A stretch of 63,252 nt of DNA, filler included, from Chrysochromulina tobinii (taxonomy: Eukaryota), in NCBI GenBank assembly GCA_001275005.1. It is 5 parts of 5 records of this genome, joined end to end, with 100 filler letters (N's around TTAATTAATTAA, not from the genome) between each part and the next. Parts side by side here need not be neighbours in the genome. Positions count along the whole stretch, not along the records: positions 8,594 to 27,684 come from JWZX01000427.1; 4 more parts are not named here. The stretch is one strand, 5' to 3'. Every line of letters starts with the position of its first letter. The stretch's first letter is position 1. Under the pieces are notes generated by a model. The model was not told the DNA's origin and searched no databases. It worked only from the letters and a program-made list of their open reading frames with translations. The position numbers were made by a program, and so were the translations under genes. This document shows, piece after piece, positions 10,477-21,200 of the stretch.

Positions 10477-13400
10477 ATGAGCGTGAGCGGCGCTTCCGCA
10501 AAGGCGGCGCACGTGGTGCTCCGACCGGTGCTCCACTTTGACGAGGAGGACTCCCAGGTGCGCTTCGACGAGTGCGCGCGCCGTCTCATCCTGATCAAGC
10601 ACCGCCAGTTTGCGGCCTTCTCCACCGTGCCAACGCTGCCGCCGATTGTGGTCGACTCCAATGGCAAGGTGGAGAACGTGCGCTTTTCGCTCAACCATCG
10701 CTTCGCGGCGCTGCAGCGCTCGGACACCGTCATCGACTTTGTCGACCTGCAGACCAATGCGTCGTTCACGCACGCCGTCAAAGGTGGCGGTTCACGTGGC
10801 CGTTGGCGCATCCTGTCCTACCATTGGACGGGCACCCCCGTCGCCGACTTCTTCGTCGTGACCACCGCGGGCGTCGAGTTTTACCTCGTGCTGCCCGAAA
10901 AGGGCTGCCTCAAGCTCGTCAAAGCACTCGCGCTCGCCGTCGCATGGGCCGTCTACTCGCACGCGACGCGCCTGCTGCTGCTCGCAACAGGCGCGCAGGA
11001 CAATGTGCTGCACGGCGTCCAGATACAGCCGAGCGCGCTGGTGCGGCTTCCCAAGTTTGAGGTGCAGCTGGCGCCGCCCGCCGAGTTGCCGTCCTCGGCA
11101 CAATCCCTGGGCCAGCCCAAGCTGCGCCGCTCATTGCTTCCGAACGACATCTTCGTCGCACGCCTGTACGAGTCGATCTATTGCATCCAAGTGGAGGCTG
11201 AGCGGCAACAGCTGCTCCTCTACCAGCTCTTCCGCGACTTTGTGGTGCGCAAATTCGCGCTCGCCATCTACTCGAGCCGCGCCGTGATGAGCGTCTCGGA
11301 CAACCTGCTTGTCGTCCACGCCCTCGACTCCAAGGTGAGCGCCGCACGAGAGAGAGAGACAGCGAGCCACTCTGTAGGGCCCTATCGCTATGCGCTCTCG
11401 CCCCTTGCCCCCCTCGCCCTCAACCCCCCTCCGCCCCTCCACACCGCCTCGCCACTTGCCCCCCCCCCCACTCGCCCCCGTCCACGCCCGTCGCAGGTAT
11501 GCCTCATCTTCGACCTGCGGATCAACCAGCAGTACCCGATCACGGCGCCGCTGCCGCTCGGCACGGTGGCTTCTGATCAGTTCTCGCCCCTCTACTCACC
11601 CCATTGGACTTTCGTGGCTCCGGACTTGGTGGTCGACCCTCAGGCGGGGCGCGTCGGCCAGCTGCGCATCGACCTGCACACCATCGTACGCTCGTCGATC
11701 GACAAGGCATGCCTGCTCCAGTTCCTGCTCGCGCGCACGCACTGCGCCGACGTGATCCTCGACGTCTTCAGCAAGTCGATTGCTGAGCAAGAGGAGCTAC
11801 CCACGCTCGCACGCATGTTCGACCTCGTGCACGCCGCGTACGCGCGCCAGCTGCTCATCAGGCATGCCGTCGTGAGCGCCCCGGCGCTCGGAAGCGCCTC
11901 GCCTGCTTCCAAAGGTGCCGACCGCCCGAGCACCACCAACAGCGTGGGGAGCAGCGCGAGCATGGGTGGCACGAGCTTCAGCTCGTCGGTTGCACAGCTC
12001 TCCTCGCCGGCACAGCAGCAGCCCTCGTCGCCGTCGACGCCCTCCGCGTCGGCCGCCGACGCCACGAGCCCGACCGCGACGATCACAGACTGGGTGGCCG
12101 CGACGAGCCTCTCGGACAGTATGGACGGTGATCGCGCCCAGGCCACCGGCGCCGCTGCCGCCGCCGGCAGCAGCGCCGCCGGGGGAGGCTCCGACGCCAG
12201 TGCAGTCGCTGGCAGCGGCGCCGGTGCCAACGGCTCGGCTGCAGCCGCCTCCGTGGCCTCGGCCTTCGGCGCCACGCTCCGTGTCCCCCCTGGTGCGCCC
12301 GCCTCTTTCGCTCCCCTGGCGCCGCCGTTTGACAACCAGCCGCCCTTGTACCCGAATGCCGCCACGCCCGACCCACTCGCCCCGACGCTACCCGAGGGTC
12401 CACCCGACTCGACCGCCTTCTTCGAGCGTGTGTTCACGCCGATGGTGAAGGGGCAGAGCACGCCGCCCAACGCTCGCTGCCCGCGCCGCCAATATGCGAT
12501 TGCAGTGCTCACCGAGTTCCTACTCTCGCAGCAGCAGCACTCTCTGCCCACGAACGCGGGCATCGGCACGCTCGCACTCATGCTGCTCGGCGAGCAGGGC
12601 TCCTTCTACCAGATGCACCAGCTCGTCCAGTTCATGCTCGTGCCAGATTCGATCGAGCTCGCGATGCGCCTGCTTTCCTTCGAGCCCAAGTACCCGCCGG
12701 CGGCCGAGCTCGCCATCGACATGCTACAGCGGCTCGGGCCGGGCGCCGTCGAGACGCTCATGGAGTGCCTGATGCGCCGCGGCTTGCTCCTCGCTGCGTG
12801 CCGGCTGCTGCGCTCGCAACGGATGGTGCTCTACCCGGCGCGCAGGCTGCTGCAGGCCGCTTTCGAGTCGGGTGATGCCACGCTCTTCGCAGCCGTGTAC
12901 ACGCACTTCGAGCAGCGGAACGAGGTGTGGCGTGGCTCCAAGGCCTTCCAAGTGCTCTGCGCTGCATGCAGGTGCTCACCACGACGCCCTCTCCTCTCCC
13001 CACAGGTGTGGCGTGGCTCCAAGGCCTTCGCGCCCGAGGAGGGATGCGCCGAGTACGTGGCCAAGTTTGAGGAGATGTTCGGGCCGCCGGCGACGATTGC
13101 GTATGGCCCCTTGCGCATGGATCGCGAGAGCGCACGGACGCAGCCGCTGCAGTCGCAATCGTTGCTGCCGTCGATCGCCGGCCCAACTGCCTCCGAGGAT
13201 GGCGAGGTGGCGGGTGTCACGACCGGCGATGTGACGAACCCCGGCACCGTAACCGACGGCGATGTGACGAACCCCGGCACCGTAACCGACGGTGCCGACG
13301 CTGACCGAGAGGAGTCCAACGGGCAGCTCGCCGAGGGCGGGTGGGGCCTCACAGAGCCCAACCCATCGGACAGCCTTGACGACGACGCGATGGCCTCGTC

Positions 13401-13500
13401 GCCTGACACCGCATGGAGCATGCCCACCGCAGCTGACCTCGCCTCGGCCAGCATTGCGCCCTCGTCGCCCCCCGCCGCTCCCCCCTCCGAAGCGGCTTAG
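10477..13500 (+). CDS. RMC1: Regulator of MON1-CCZ1 complex (RMC1/Mic1/C18orf8); two in-frame introns 11335-11496 and 12925-13005
   Basis: N-terminal beta-propeller-like region (VRFSLNHRFAALQRS, LVRLPKFEV) and C-terminal Mic1 domain (FYQMHQLVQFMLVPDSIELAMRLLS...YPPAAELAIDMLQRL...LFAAVYTHFEQRN). Both introns are 3n and stop-free (162 and 81 nt), hence the single ORF. Confidence 0.88.
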   Translation: MSVSGASAKAAHVVLRPVLHFDEEDSQVRFDECARRLILIKHRQFAAFSTVPTLPPIVVDSNGKVENVRFSLNHRFAALQRSDTVIDFVDLQTNASFTHAVKGGGSRGRWRILSYHWTGTPVADFFVVTTAGVEFYLVLPEKGCLKLVKALALAVAWAVYSHATRLLLLATGAQDNVLHGVQIQPSALVRLPKFEVQLAPPAELPSSAQSLGQPKLRRSLLPNDIFVARLYESIYCIQVEAERQQLLLYQLFRDFVVRKFALAIYSSRAVMSVSDNLLVVHALDSKVSAARERETASHSVGPYRYALSPLAPLALNPPPPLHTASPLAPPPTRPRPRPSQVCLIFDLRINQQYPITAPLPLGTVASDQFSPLYSPHWTFVAPDLVVDPQAGRVGQLRIDLHTIVRSSIDKACLLQFLLARTHCADVILDVFSKSIAEQEELPTLARMFDLVHAAYARQLLIRHAVVSAPALGSASPASKGADRPSTTNSVGSSASMGGTSFSSSVAQLSSPAQQQPSSPSTPSASAADATSPTATITDWVAATSLSDSMDGDRAQATGAAAAAGSSAAGGGSDASAVAGSGAGANGSAAAASVASAFGATLRVPPGAPASFAPLAPPFDNQPPLYPNAATPDPLAPTLPEGPPDSTAFFERVFTPMVKGQSTPPNARCPRRQYAIAVLTEFLLSQQQHSLPTNAGIGTLALMLLGEQGSFYQMHQLVQFMLVPDSIELAMRLLSFEPKYPPAAELAIDMLQRLGPGAVETLMECLMRRGLLLAACRLLRSQRMVLYPARRLLQAAFESGDATLFAAVYTHFEQRNEVWRGSKAFQVLCAACRCSPRRPLLSPQVWRGSKAFAPEEGCAEYVAKFEEMFGPPATIAYGPLRMDRESARTQPLQSQSLLPSIAGPTASEDGEVAGVTTGDVTNPGTVTDGDVTNPGTVTDGADADREESNGQLAEGGWGLTEPNPSDSLDDDAMASSPDTAWSMPTAADLASASIAPSSPPAAPPSEAA
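12925..13005 (+). other. Intron whose first 24 nt duplicate the downstream exon start; family-B 3' cassette
   Basis: AG|GTGTGGCGTGGCTCCAAGGCCTTC...TGCATGCAGGTGCTCACCACGACGCCCTCTCCTCTCCCCACAG|GTGTGGCGTGGCTCCAAGGCCTTC. Confidence 0.85.
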
Positions 13501-14376
13501 CTGGTGACGAAGCTTGTTGCGAGCCGAATGCTTTTCCAGCGTCTCCAGTCTCCCCGTCACCCACCATCATCCTCGAGTTGCGAGGTTCGATTAGAGCGGT
13601 GCGCGGTGTGAGAGGTCAGACATGCTGGGTCCTCTTTCGTCGCGGGGGGAGTCGGGTGAGCACCGGACGACGAGCTGTGCCCGCGGCTTACGGCAGAGCA
13701 CCGGAAAAAGGGCCGGGGTGAACATTCTTCTGAACGAGCGGGAGCGCTGCGCGGTCCGGTGTGCGTTCGGCCGTGCACGAGCGACGAGGGTGCTGCGTGT
13801 ATCGTGTATTATGTGAGCTTCGTCCTTCGTGCCCGGTCCGTCCCCCGGGACCGTCCTTCACGTTTATTAATTACGGTTGTCAGTTCGTCACATATGGATA
13901 TTAACCGACAGTCGAGTGTCACCAAGTATGTACGGTAGTGTAGTTAATACATAAGCGTCTCTACAAGTGTAAAAACAGTAACGCGTCCGGTTCGGTCGGA
14001 AGGTCACTGATGTTGAAGCTCGCGGCCGGGTCGCGGTCGGCTGACGTCTGAACTGACGACCGCGCCTACGGTAGGGACCTAACAGGTAACACGCGGCCGG
14101 GCTTGACGTGCCTTGAGCGGCCGGGCTGGACTCGCGCAGCCGCCCGCGGCCCGCCCCAGGCATCGCCGGCGGCGCGGCGCAAGCGCCAAGCCGCAACGAG
14201 AACCGCAACAAGGCCAAATTATGCGCACTCAGGCATGAAACAAGTGGACGAGAGGCGCACCCGCGGCCCAAGTCGCGCCATCGCTATGCGCTCGCCATGC
14301 TCTGGCCTTCGTTCACCGGAAAATCTGCCACTCGCGCCTTGCGTCATTCACCTCTTCGGACTAGCTCAGGGTGTTC

Positions 14377-15450
14377 TCAGGAGATGTCTTTTGGTGAGGG
14401 CACGACGTAGCCACGGCTGCCATCCTTGGGCCTCCAGATCCGGGTCTTCGCAGCGAGCCCCTGCAGGCTCTCAACCGCACTCAGCCCCTCCTCCTCGGCC
14501 TCGAGCTGCAGGTGGCTCAGCCCCGTCGGCAGCCCGAGCACTGCGGCTTCGGATTTACGAGCAGCCTCGCGCATCTGCTCGTGCTTCACAGCTCTCTCAG
14601 CCGACGCCGTCGCGCACCGCTTGCGCTCGATGGTCACCTCCGCATTCTGCTGCAGGATGCGCGCCATCAGGTCGTCATCCTCCCCGTCCGCATCGGGTGG
14701 CGGCTGCTCGAGCTCAATGCTCGGCTCCGTCAGCTTGAACTGCATCGGCGCCGCCAGCGTCGGCACCGCCTGAGCCTCCGCCTGCGCAGCTGCGGCCGCG
14801 CCCACCGACGGGCCCGCCAGTTCGCGAAATCGCTCGTTCGCCTCGGCAAACCCCAGCCCGCCCGGCGCGTACGCGCGCTCCGCCGCACGCGCTTGCCACT
14901 CCCGGAGGACCACCACGACCCACGCCGCCAATCGCCAACGTCGGCGTGCCCTGGCGCACCGCCACGCCTCGGCGGCGGCGTCGATCATCTCGATACATTG
15001 GCGCACGCAACGCTCCCACGTGGGGTCGTTGGGCCGCTGCCGACCCATCTCGCGAGCGTAATCGGATGCGCTGCGCCCCAGCTCGTCCAGCAGGAGCGGG
15101 TTGGCACCACGGCCAAGCAGCAGCTTCACGAGGCCGACGTCGGCGACGGAGGCGGCAAGCATGAGGGGCACGCGGCCATCCGTGGCGGGCTGGTCAAGCG
15201 CAGCGCCAAGCTCGAGCAGCGTCTCGAGCGCGCCTCCATGCGTCTCAGCTGCCGCTACGCAGAGCAATGGCATGGGCGTCGCTGCCGTCGGCGTTGGATA
15301 CTGCGTCACATGCAAGTAGAGGGCGCCGAGGCGCGACGGCTCTGCCGTGAGTGCCTTGCGGATCTCACCGATGCGCCCGTTCTGGACGGCGCCCAACAGT
15401 GCTTGGGAGAGCGAGTCCCGTGGCGCCTCCTCGGTGAAAGCACCCGCCAT
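14377..15450 (-). CDS. Ankyrin-repeat protein (357 aa)
   Basis: DGRVPLMLAASVADVGLVKLLLGRGANPLLLDELGRSASDYA is an ankyrin consensus. Confidence 0.85.
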   Translation of the reverse strand: MAGAFTEEAPRDSLSQALLGAVQNGRIGEIRKALTAEPSRLGALYLHVTQYPTPTAATPMPLLCVAAAETHGGALETLLELGAALDQPATDGRVPLMLAASVADVGLVKLLLGRGANPLLLDELGRSASDYAREMGRQRPNDPTWERCVRQCIEMIDAAAEAWRCARARRRWRLAAWVVVVLREWQARAAERAYAPGGLGFAEANERFRELAGPSVGAAAAAQAEAQAVPTLAAPMQFKLTEPSIELEQPPPDADGEDDDLMARILQQNAEVTIERKRCATASAERAVKHEQMREAARKSEAAVLGLPTGLSHLQLEAEEEGLSAVESLQGLAAKTRIWRPKDGSRGYVVPSPKDIS

Positions 15451-15628
15451 TGTGCCGTTGAAAAGTCCTCCAACTTATGTTCACTCCAAACTTATGTGCC
15501 GAGCCCGCGAGCGGGCGTCCGGGTGTTCTCGTGCACGCTCGGGCACAATGTGAGCGCCGCCACGGCATCAATCACACAAACTCATCTCACATCCCGCGAA
15601 ATTCGAATTCTCCAGTTTTGCCTCACAC

Positions 15629-16885
15629 ATGTCATTGCACGAACACTTTTCGTGGCTCGCAGCGCTGCACGCCTACGAGCTCGCACGCAGTGTTTCTGTG
15701 CAGCCCAACGATGCCCAACAGGCCGTAAATATCACTTCGGAGCGCGATTCTTATTTCAACGCGTTCGCTTCCGCGGCCGCGCAGTCCGTTCTCACCTCGG
15801 CGCAGTCAGTTCTCACCCCGAAGCGGGATCTCAATGCGTTCGCTTCGGCTGAAACGACTGAAACTGGCTGCTCAATCGCGCTCATGTTTGTGGTCCTGGT
15901 CGTCGTCACGCATTGGCTGAGTCGTGCACTCGTGCAGCTCGGGGGTATAAAAAAGATGAAAGACGGCACTGCGGATACGAGGGCGGGCCTGACCACGCCC
16001 AGCGCAGTGCGTCAGGCAAGGCTCCACGGCGAGCGCTGCTTCGAGAATGAGCCCAATCTTGCGCTTTCGCCGCCACCGACTCTGGAGCGGCATCGCACCG
16101 ATCTGCCCGAGCAAGTTGAGCCCACGCCGCCGCCGATGATGGAAGATGTGGTCGCCGCTACGCCCATCCGCCTGGCGCGCACCCTCGAGGAGCAGCGCTC
16201 GGATCAGCGCGTCCTCTCAGTCCGCAGTGAGTTAGGGGCGATGATCGAGCCCGAGCCATCCGTGCCGGTGCCATCACACGCGAAGCTCGGTAGGTCACAC
16301 GCTGCCGAGTTGCGTGCCAGGCGCGCGGCGATTCAGAAGGAAGCTAAGGAGGCTGCGGACAGAGCTCAAGGGCCGCAGATGGTCGAAGAGCCAGCCCCGC
16401 TTGTGCCGCCGGCGCCAGTCATCGAAGAGCCACTCGCTGCCTATCAGCAGCAGCCCGCAAAGGCCGATGCGAATGACAAGGAGAATGGGTCCCTCGCTAA
16501 CGGCCAAGAGGTATCGCAGAGCGGCATTCAAGGCGAGCAAGGCGTGATTCAAGGGATGCCTGACACGATGATCGTCTCGTCGCGCAAGGTTCTGCGCACC
16601 GTTGACCTTGCCTACTCGAACTCGGACATAAAGGAGGCGCTCATTGCCAAGCTCCGAGACCGCGCCGCGAAGGTGCGAGCGAGCGTCTCGTCCATACAAG
16701 TGCACGATGAGTGCGAAGCATCCGTGCGTGCCCATAACGTCACGTCAAACATCGCGCGCATCCGAGGCATCGGTGCCGTCCAGGTGCTCCCTAACGGCGC
16801 CGGCAGCGTCGCGCAAGTGCTCGCTGCTGCACGACGGCTGGATCTGCCGGTGCTGACCTCGCCTCAGCCGCCCTCGCCCGACTGA
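15629..16885 (+). CDS. Hypothetical single-pass membrane protein (418 aa)
   Basis: Long ORF with hydrophobic segment CSIALMFVVLVVVTHWL and short internal repeats near the N-terminus; no recognised domain. Confidence 0.65.
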   Translation: MSLHEHFSWLAALHAYELARSVSVQPNDAQQAVNITSERDSYFNAFASAAAQSVLTSAQSVLTPKRDLNAFASAETTETGCSIALMFVVLVVVTHWLSRALVQLGGIKKMKDGTADTRAGLTTPSAVRQARLHGERCFENEPNLALSPPPTLERHRTDLPEQVEPTPPPMMEDVVAATPIRLARTLEEQRSDQRVLSVRSELGAMIEPEPSVPVPSHAKLGRSHAAELRARRAAIQKEAKEAADRAQGPQMVEEPAPLVPPAPVIEEPLAAYQQQPAKADANDKENGSLANGQEVSQSGIQGEQGVIQGMPDTMIVSSRKVLRTVDLAYSNSDIKEALIAKLRDRAAKVRASVSSIQVHDECEASVRAHNVTSNIARIRGIGAVQVLPNGAGSVAQVLAAARRLDLPVLTSPQPPSPD

Positions 16886-17392
16886 GCTATACGGATTCCA
16901 TGAACCTTCGACAATCGACATGGAACCATGCCCCTTCGACATGCCCCTGATCTCTCGCACATAAGCCTTACTTGCATGACGCATGTTGCAGCGCATGCGC
17001 GAGACAGTTGACATGCGGTTACGGCATGATCGATACGTCATGGTCGCGATCCGTGATGTCCATGACGGCATGAACCCGGAAGCGGAACCGCATCGTGACG
17101 GTGACCCGCGCAACGTTGGGCTGTGGTCGTGCATGGTTGTGTAAATACTTGAGCCTTCGGCGGTGTTATTCAAAATAATCAAATTGTTGGCCCGCCGCGC
17201 CGCCGCCCCGCGCTTGTACTATTACTTATTACAGTTCGTACACGACCCGCGTCCCCGTCCGCGGTCCGCGGGCCACGCACGGAGGTGTTGCATGCATTTC
17301 GGCATTGTGTTCGCCGTTCCGAGGCGCTATCTAACATGCAGACTCACGTGCATTAGCAGCAGAGCACGGGGCTCTGAGCGACTCGCCATGTC

Positions 17393-18136
17393 TCATGCTG
17401 CGTGCGCCTTGCCATGGTCCTTCCATCGCTTCCATTCCAGATCCTGCCGTCCAAACATCATCCCGTACCCAATCATGGGAAGCGCCCATCGGGAAGCCAG
17501 AGTGTCGCCTCGGCCAAAATACAGGCCGAACCAAATGGCAAGTAGGGCAGCGCTGGTGTTACTGACTCCCATGACGACCAATGAAAGATGGTTGAGGAGC
17601 TGGCTTGTTGGGTATTGCCTGCTCAAGCTGAGGGCGCACGAGCCGAACTCAAGGACCATGACCATCAGTACGAAGACTGCTGAGCATGGCACGGGCCACT
17701 CGGCCAGCGATAGGACGGTCAGGGCCATGCATACGGCGTGATGGACGTAAAACACGGTCGACATGGGAGTGAACATGTCCTTCATGAGATAGCCGAAGAA
17801 CACATAGTGGAAGAGTGCATGCCACGGTGAGGTGAGCTGGGACCACTCAGCGTTCAGCCACAATGACCATGTCGCAAACCGAGGTGCAGTGTCGCGCACG
17901 ATGAGCATTAGAAGAGCGGGCAGCAGAGCCAGCTGCACCGTGCAGCCGATCCAATACGTGTAGAGTGCAGACCCCGAGTGCAGCCGAAGGCACCTCGGTG
18001 ATGAATAGCGCTCGAAGGCGGAGTTGATAAGAAGACCGACGCCGGTGATGAGAACGCAGCCCAGGCAATGCGACGAGGCCTTGCCTTGTGCCATGCCGTC
18101 GACCTCATGCCCCAAACGCACCATCAGCGACGCCAT
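17393..18136 (-). CDS. TLC (TRAM/LAG1/CLN8)-domain membrane protein
   Basis: Multiple TM helices; FFGYLMKD...FYVHHAV...LEFGS motif. Confidence 0.72.
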   Translation of the reverse strand: MASLMVRLGHEVDGMAQGKASSHCLGCVLITGVGLLINSAFERYSSPRCLRLHSGSALYTYWIGCTVQLALLPALLMLIVRDTAPRFATWSLWLNAEWSQLTSPWHALFHYVFFGYLMKDMFTPMSTVFYVHHAVCMALTVLSLAEWPVPCSAVFVLMVMVLEFGSCALSLSRQYPTSQLLNHLSLVVMGVSNTSAALLAIWFGLYFGRGDTLASRWALPMIGYGMMFGRQDLEWKRWKDHGKAHAA

Positions 18137-18280
18137 CTTTCCCAAGCCACTCCTGGTTCCGAAGGAGACATCCGCAGGAGTCCCTCTGGCATGCTTTAAC
18201 TGGCATGCATGCACACGGTTCTCACCAAAGGTTTTAGTCCTGTGGCAGTTTCTCAAGGACACCCACTCGTGGGCCAGAAA

Positions 18281-21200
18281 ATGGCGGACCTTCGACCTGG
18301 TTCACCTGACGCCTTGCTACGCGTGGTGCCGTCGCTCATCGATGGCATGGCGCCCGGAAATGAAGAGGCCGACCAGGTGCAGTGCCTGTTGCAGCTCGCA
18401 CAGATCGTGGACTCCGCGTTTGGCTCGCGTTCAGCACAGCTGTGCATCATTATCGTGGAGCAGGGCGGCGTCGCGCACCTTGCGGAATTGTGTGGGCATC
18501 CGCGAGAGTGGCTGCATCAGACGGCCATGCTCGTCCTAGGCAATCTCGCCGCGGACTCGGTCGACGTGCAGGCAGCTTTCCAGACGGCAGATGGTTTCCA
18601 GCACCTCGTGCCCCATCTCTTCTCCGACAATCCGTCGACGATCATGTTTGCACTCGGCGCAATCCGGAACACGTGCAGCGACCCCGACTGCGTGGGCATC
18701 ATGCAGAAGCAGGGCGCCATGCGACGGCTCCAGGTGCGCCCCCTAGCGCCCCCGCCTCGGACGTTTCGCGTGCTCTCTTCCTCCGCAACGCCCTGCGGAG
18801 TGTGCATGCGTGCCCCATATGTGCCCCACTGTCCCTTGGGCGGAGGCGAGCAATCTTAGAGCAATCTGACCCTTCCTACTCGATCTCAACCTCGTCCCTC
18901 CCATATCGCGCGACACAGGATTTGGCTCGCTCAGAGGATCGCATCATCGGTGAGTACGCGATGGGCTGCCTGCACAACGCCACCGAAATCATCGCTGCGA
19001 CAGTCGCACAACGGCAGCAAGTCCTGATGAAGCGGCGCGACGCCACGATCTACATACAGACCCGCGCTCGCCGCTTCCTCGCAATCCGCCGGGTGAAGAG
19101 CATGAGAGCTGCGCGGCTAGCGGGCCTCGGCACTGTTGAGCATCGCCCGCCGCTTTTAGGAATGGCCACTGCAGCAAACCTGTCTCAGTACCTCGACGCA
19201 CCTGCCGTCGCCCCGCCGCCATCCGCGCCCCTTCCGGAGACCCCTTTGGCTGCGGCCGTGACACGAGCGCCCGATCTTGGCGCTGGCGTCGGTCTGGAGA
19301 TGACGCTCGCGCCGCCGCGGTACGATGCGGCACCCGCGTCGCTCGAGACGACGCTCCCCACCGTTGCCGAGGAGGCAGAGGAAGCTACAGAGGAGGTTAC
19401 AGAGGAGGAGCCTGCGGAGGCAACACCGCCCGCGACAGCGCCCGAGGTCACTGAGAAGGTCACAGCACCGGCCCCCGCGGCACCAGAAGCGGAGACGGCA
19501 CCAGCTCCCGCGGTGGGGGAGGCTGCGGGGGCCCTGGCTGCGCCGCTGCCGCCCGACCTTGGCTCGATCAAGCCCCCCACGGACGAGAAGAAAGACGAGC
19601 CCACCAGAGAAACGGCAGCACCGTCGGTGACTCCGGTGTCGGCCGAGGCGGTAGCTGCGACGAAGGCGACGACCGAGGCTTCGGCAAATGCTCAGGCTCT
19701 TGTACCATCGCAGGCGGAGGCTGCAGTCCCCGCAACCTCGCCAGCAACCTCGCCAGCAACCTCGCCAGCGGCAGCAGAGTCGGTGCCCCAACCAGAGCTC
19801 CTGCCTCCTCTCGAAGCGCCACCAGCAACTGAAGCGGTAACCGCCGCGCCCGCAAGCACGGCAGCGCCATCAGCGTCGGCTGCTGCTGAACCTCCAGCAC
19901 CACCACCAGCACCGCCACCAGCACCACCAGCACCACCAGAGGCACCGCCACCAGCACCACCAGCACCACCAGAGGCACCTGCGCCTGTTGTGGCGAATAT
20001 CCCCTCGGCTCCAGCAGGGTCGCCTGCGGCGCTGCAATCTTCGGCTGAGGTTGCACAGGGGATGATGCAGCTGCCGCCACCACCGACAGTACCGTCGGCG
20101 GCTGAAGAGGCAGCCAAGGCGTACGCCTCGGAGGCCGCGGCCTCGGAGGCGGCGGCCTTGGAGGCGGCGGCCAAGGCTGCTGCGGCGGCGGAGGAGGCTT
20201 CTAAAGCCGCAGTGGCCAAGGCCGCAGCGGCAGTGGAGGCCGCGAGGGCGGAGGGCGAGGCTGCGGCCGCGGCGGCGCTTGCAAGGGCGATGGAGGCGGA
20301 GGCACGTGCGACGGCGGCGGAGGCACGTGCGGCGGCGGCGGAGGAGCGCGCTCGCCAGGCAGAGGTGAAAGCGGTCACCGCCTCTGTGGAATCGGCGGCC
20401 GCGGCCGCGGCCCTCCTTGCCTCCCCGCCTCTGCCGCCAGTGGCGCCAGCAGAAGCTTCACCGACGACCAGTGGCGCCCCACCGGCAGGAGCCGCCCCGG
20501 CTGTTGCGGCGGCGGCGGGGACGGGTGAAGCGGCTCCGGCCAAGACCTCAGCTGAGGGCGGGTTGCCTGTGCCGCCTCCGGAAGCACCTGCTGAGGCGGC
20601 AGCGCCAACAGCGGAGGCAGCCGCAGCGGCGGAGGCCGAGCGGCTTGCGGCGGAGGCGGCGGAGGCGGAGCGACTGGCGGCTGAGGTAGCTGCAGCGGCA
20701 GCGGCGGAGGCGGAGGCAGCAGAGGTCGAGAGGCTAGCGGCCGAGGCAGCCGCAGCGGCGGAGGCCGAGCGGCTTGCGGCGGAGGCAGCGGAGGCGGAGC
20801 GACTGGCAGTTGAGGCAGTCGCAGCAGCGGCGGCGGAGGCGGAGGCAGCAGAGGTCGAGAGGCTAGCGGCCGAGGCAGCCGCAGTGGCGGAGGCGGAGCG
20901 AATGGCGGCTGAGGCAGAGGCAGCGGCGGAGGCGGAGCGGCTGGCGGCTGAGGCAGCGGCAGCGGCAGAAGCCGAGCGGCTGGCGGCGGAGAAGGCGGAG
21001 GCGGAGAGGCTCGAGGCCGAGCGGCTGGAAGAGTTGCGACAAGCCCCGTGGAAGGGGGTGGACAGCAATAGGCTGCGAGGGGCGCTGCGTGACTTCCTCG
21101 CTGACTCGTCGAAGAGAGTGATGGACCTATTCCACGAGTGGGACGGCGACAACAGCGGCGAGATCGATGTGCTCGAGTTCCGTCAGGCGGTCCTAGCGCT

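Noticed and set aside
13226..13292. 33-nt coding tandem repeat (GDVTNPGTVTD x2) in the RMC1 tail
   Set aside because: Simple in-frame duplication in a disordered region with no splice signals.
14512..15852. Long antisense or alternate-frame ORFs (also 19692-21152, 41266-42531, 54100-55254, 60852-62528 and many others)
   Set aside because: Shadow ORFs caused by high GC opposite genes with clear domains.
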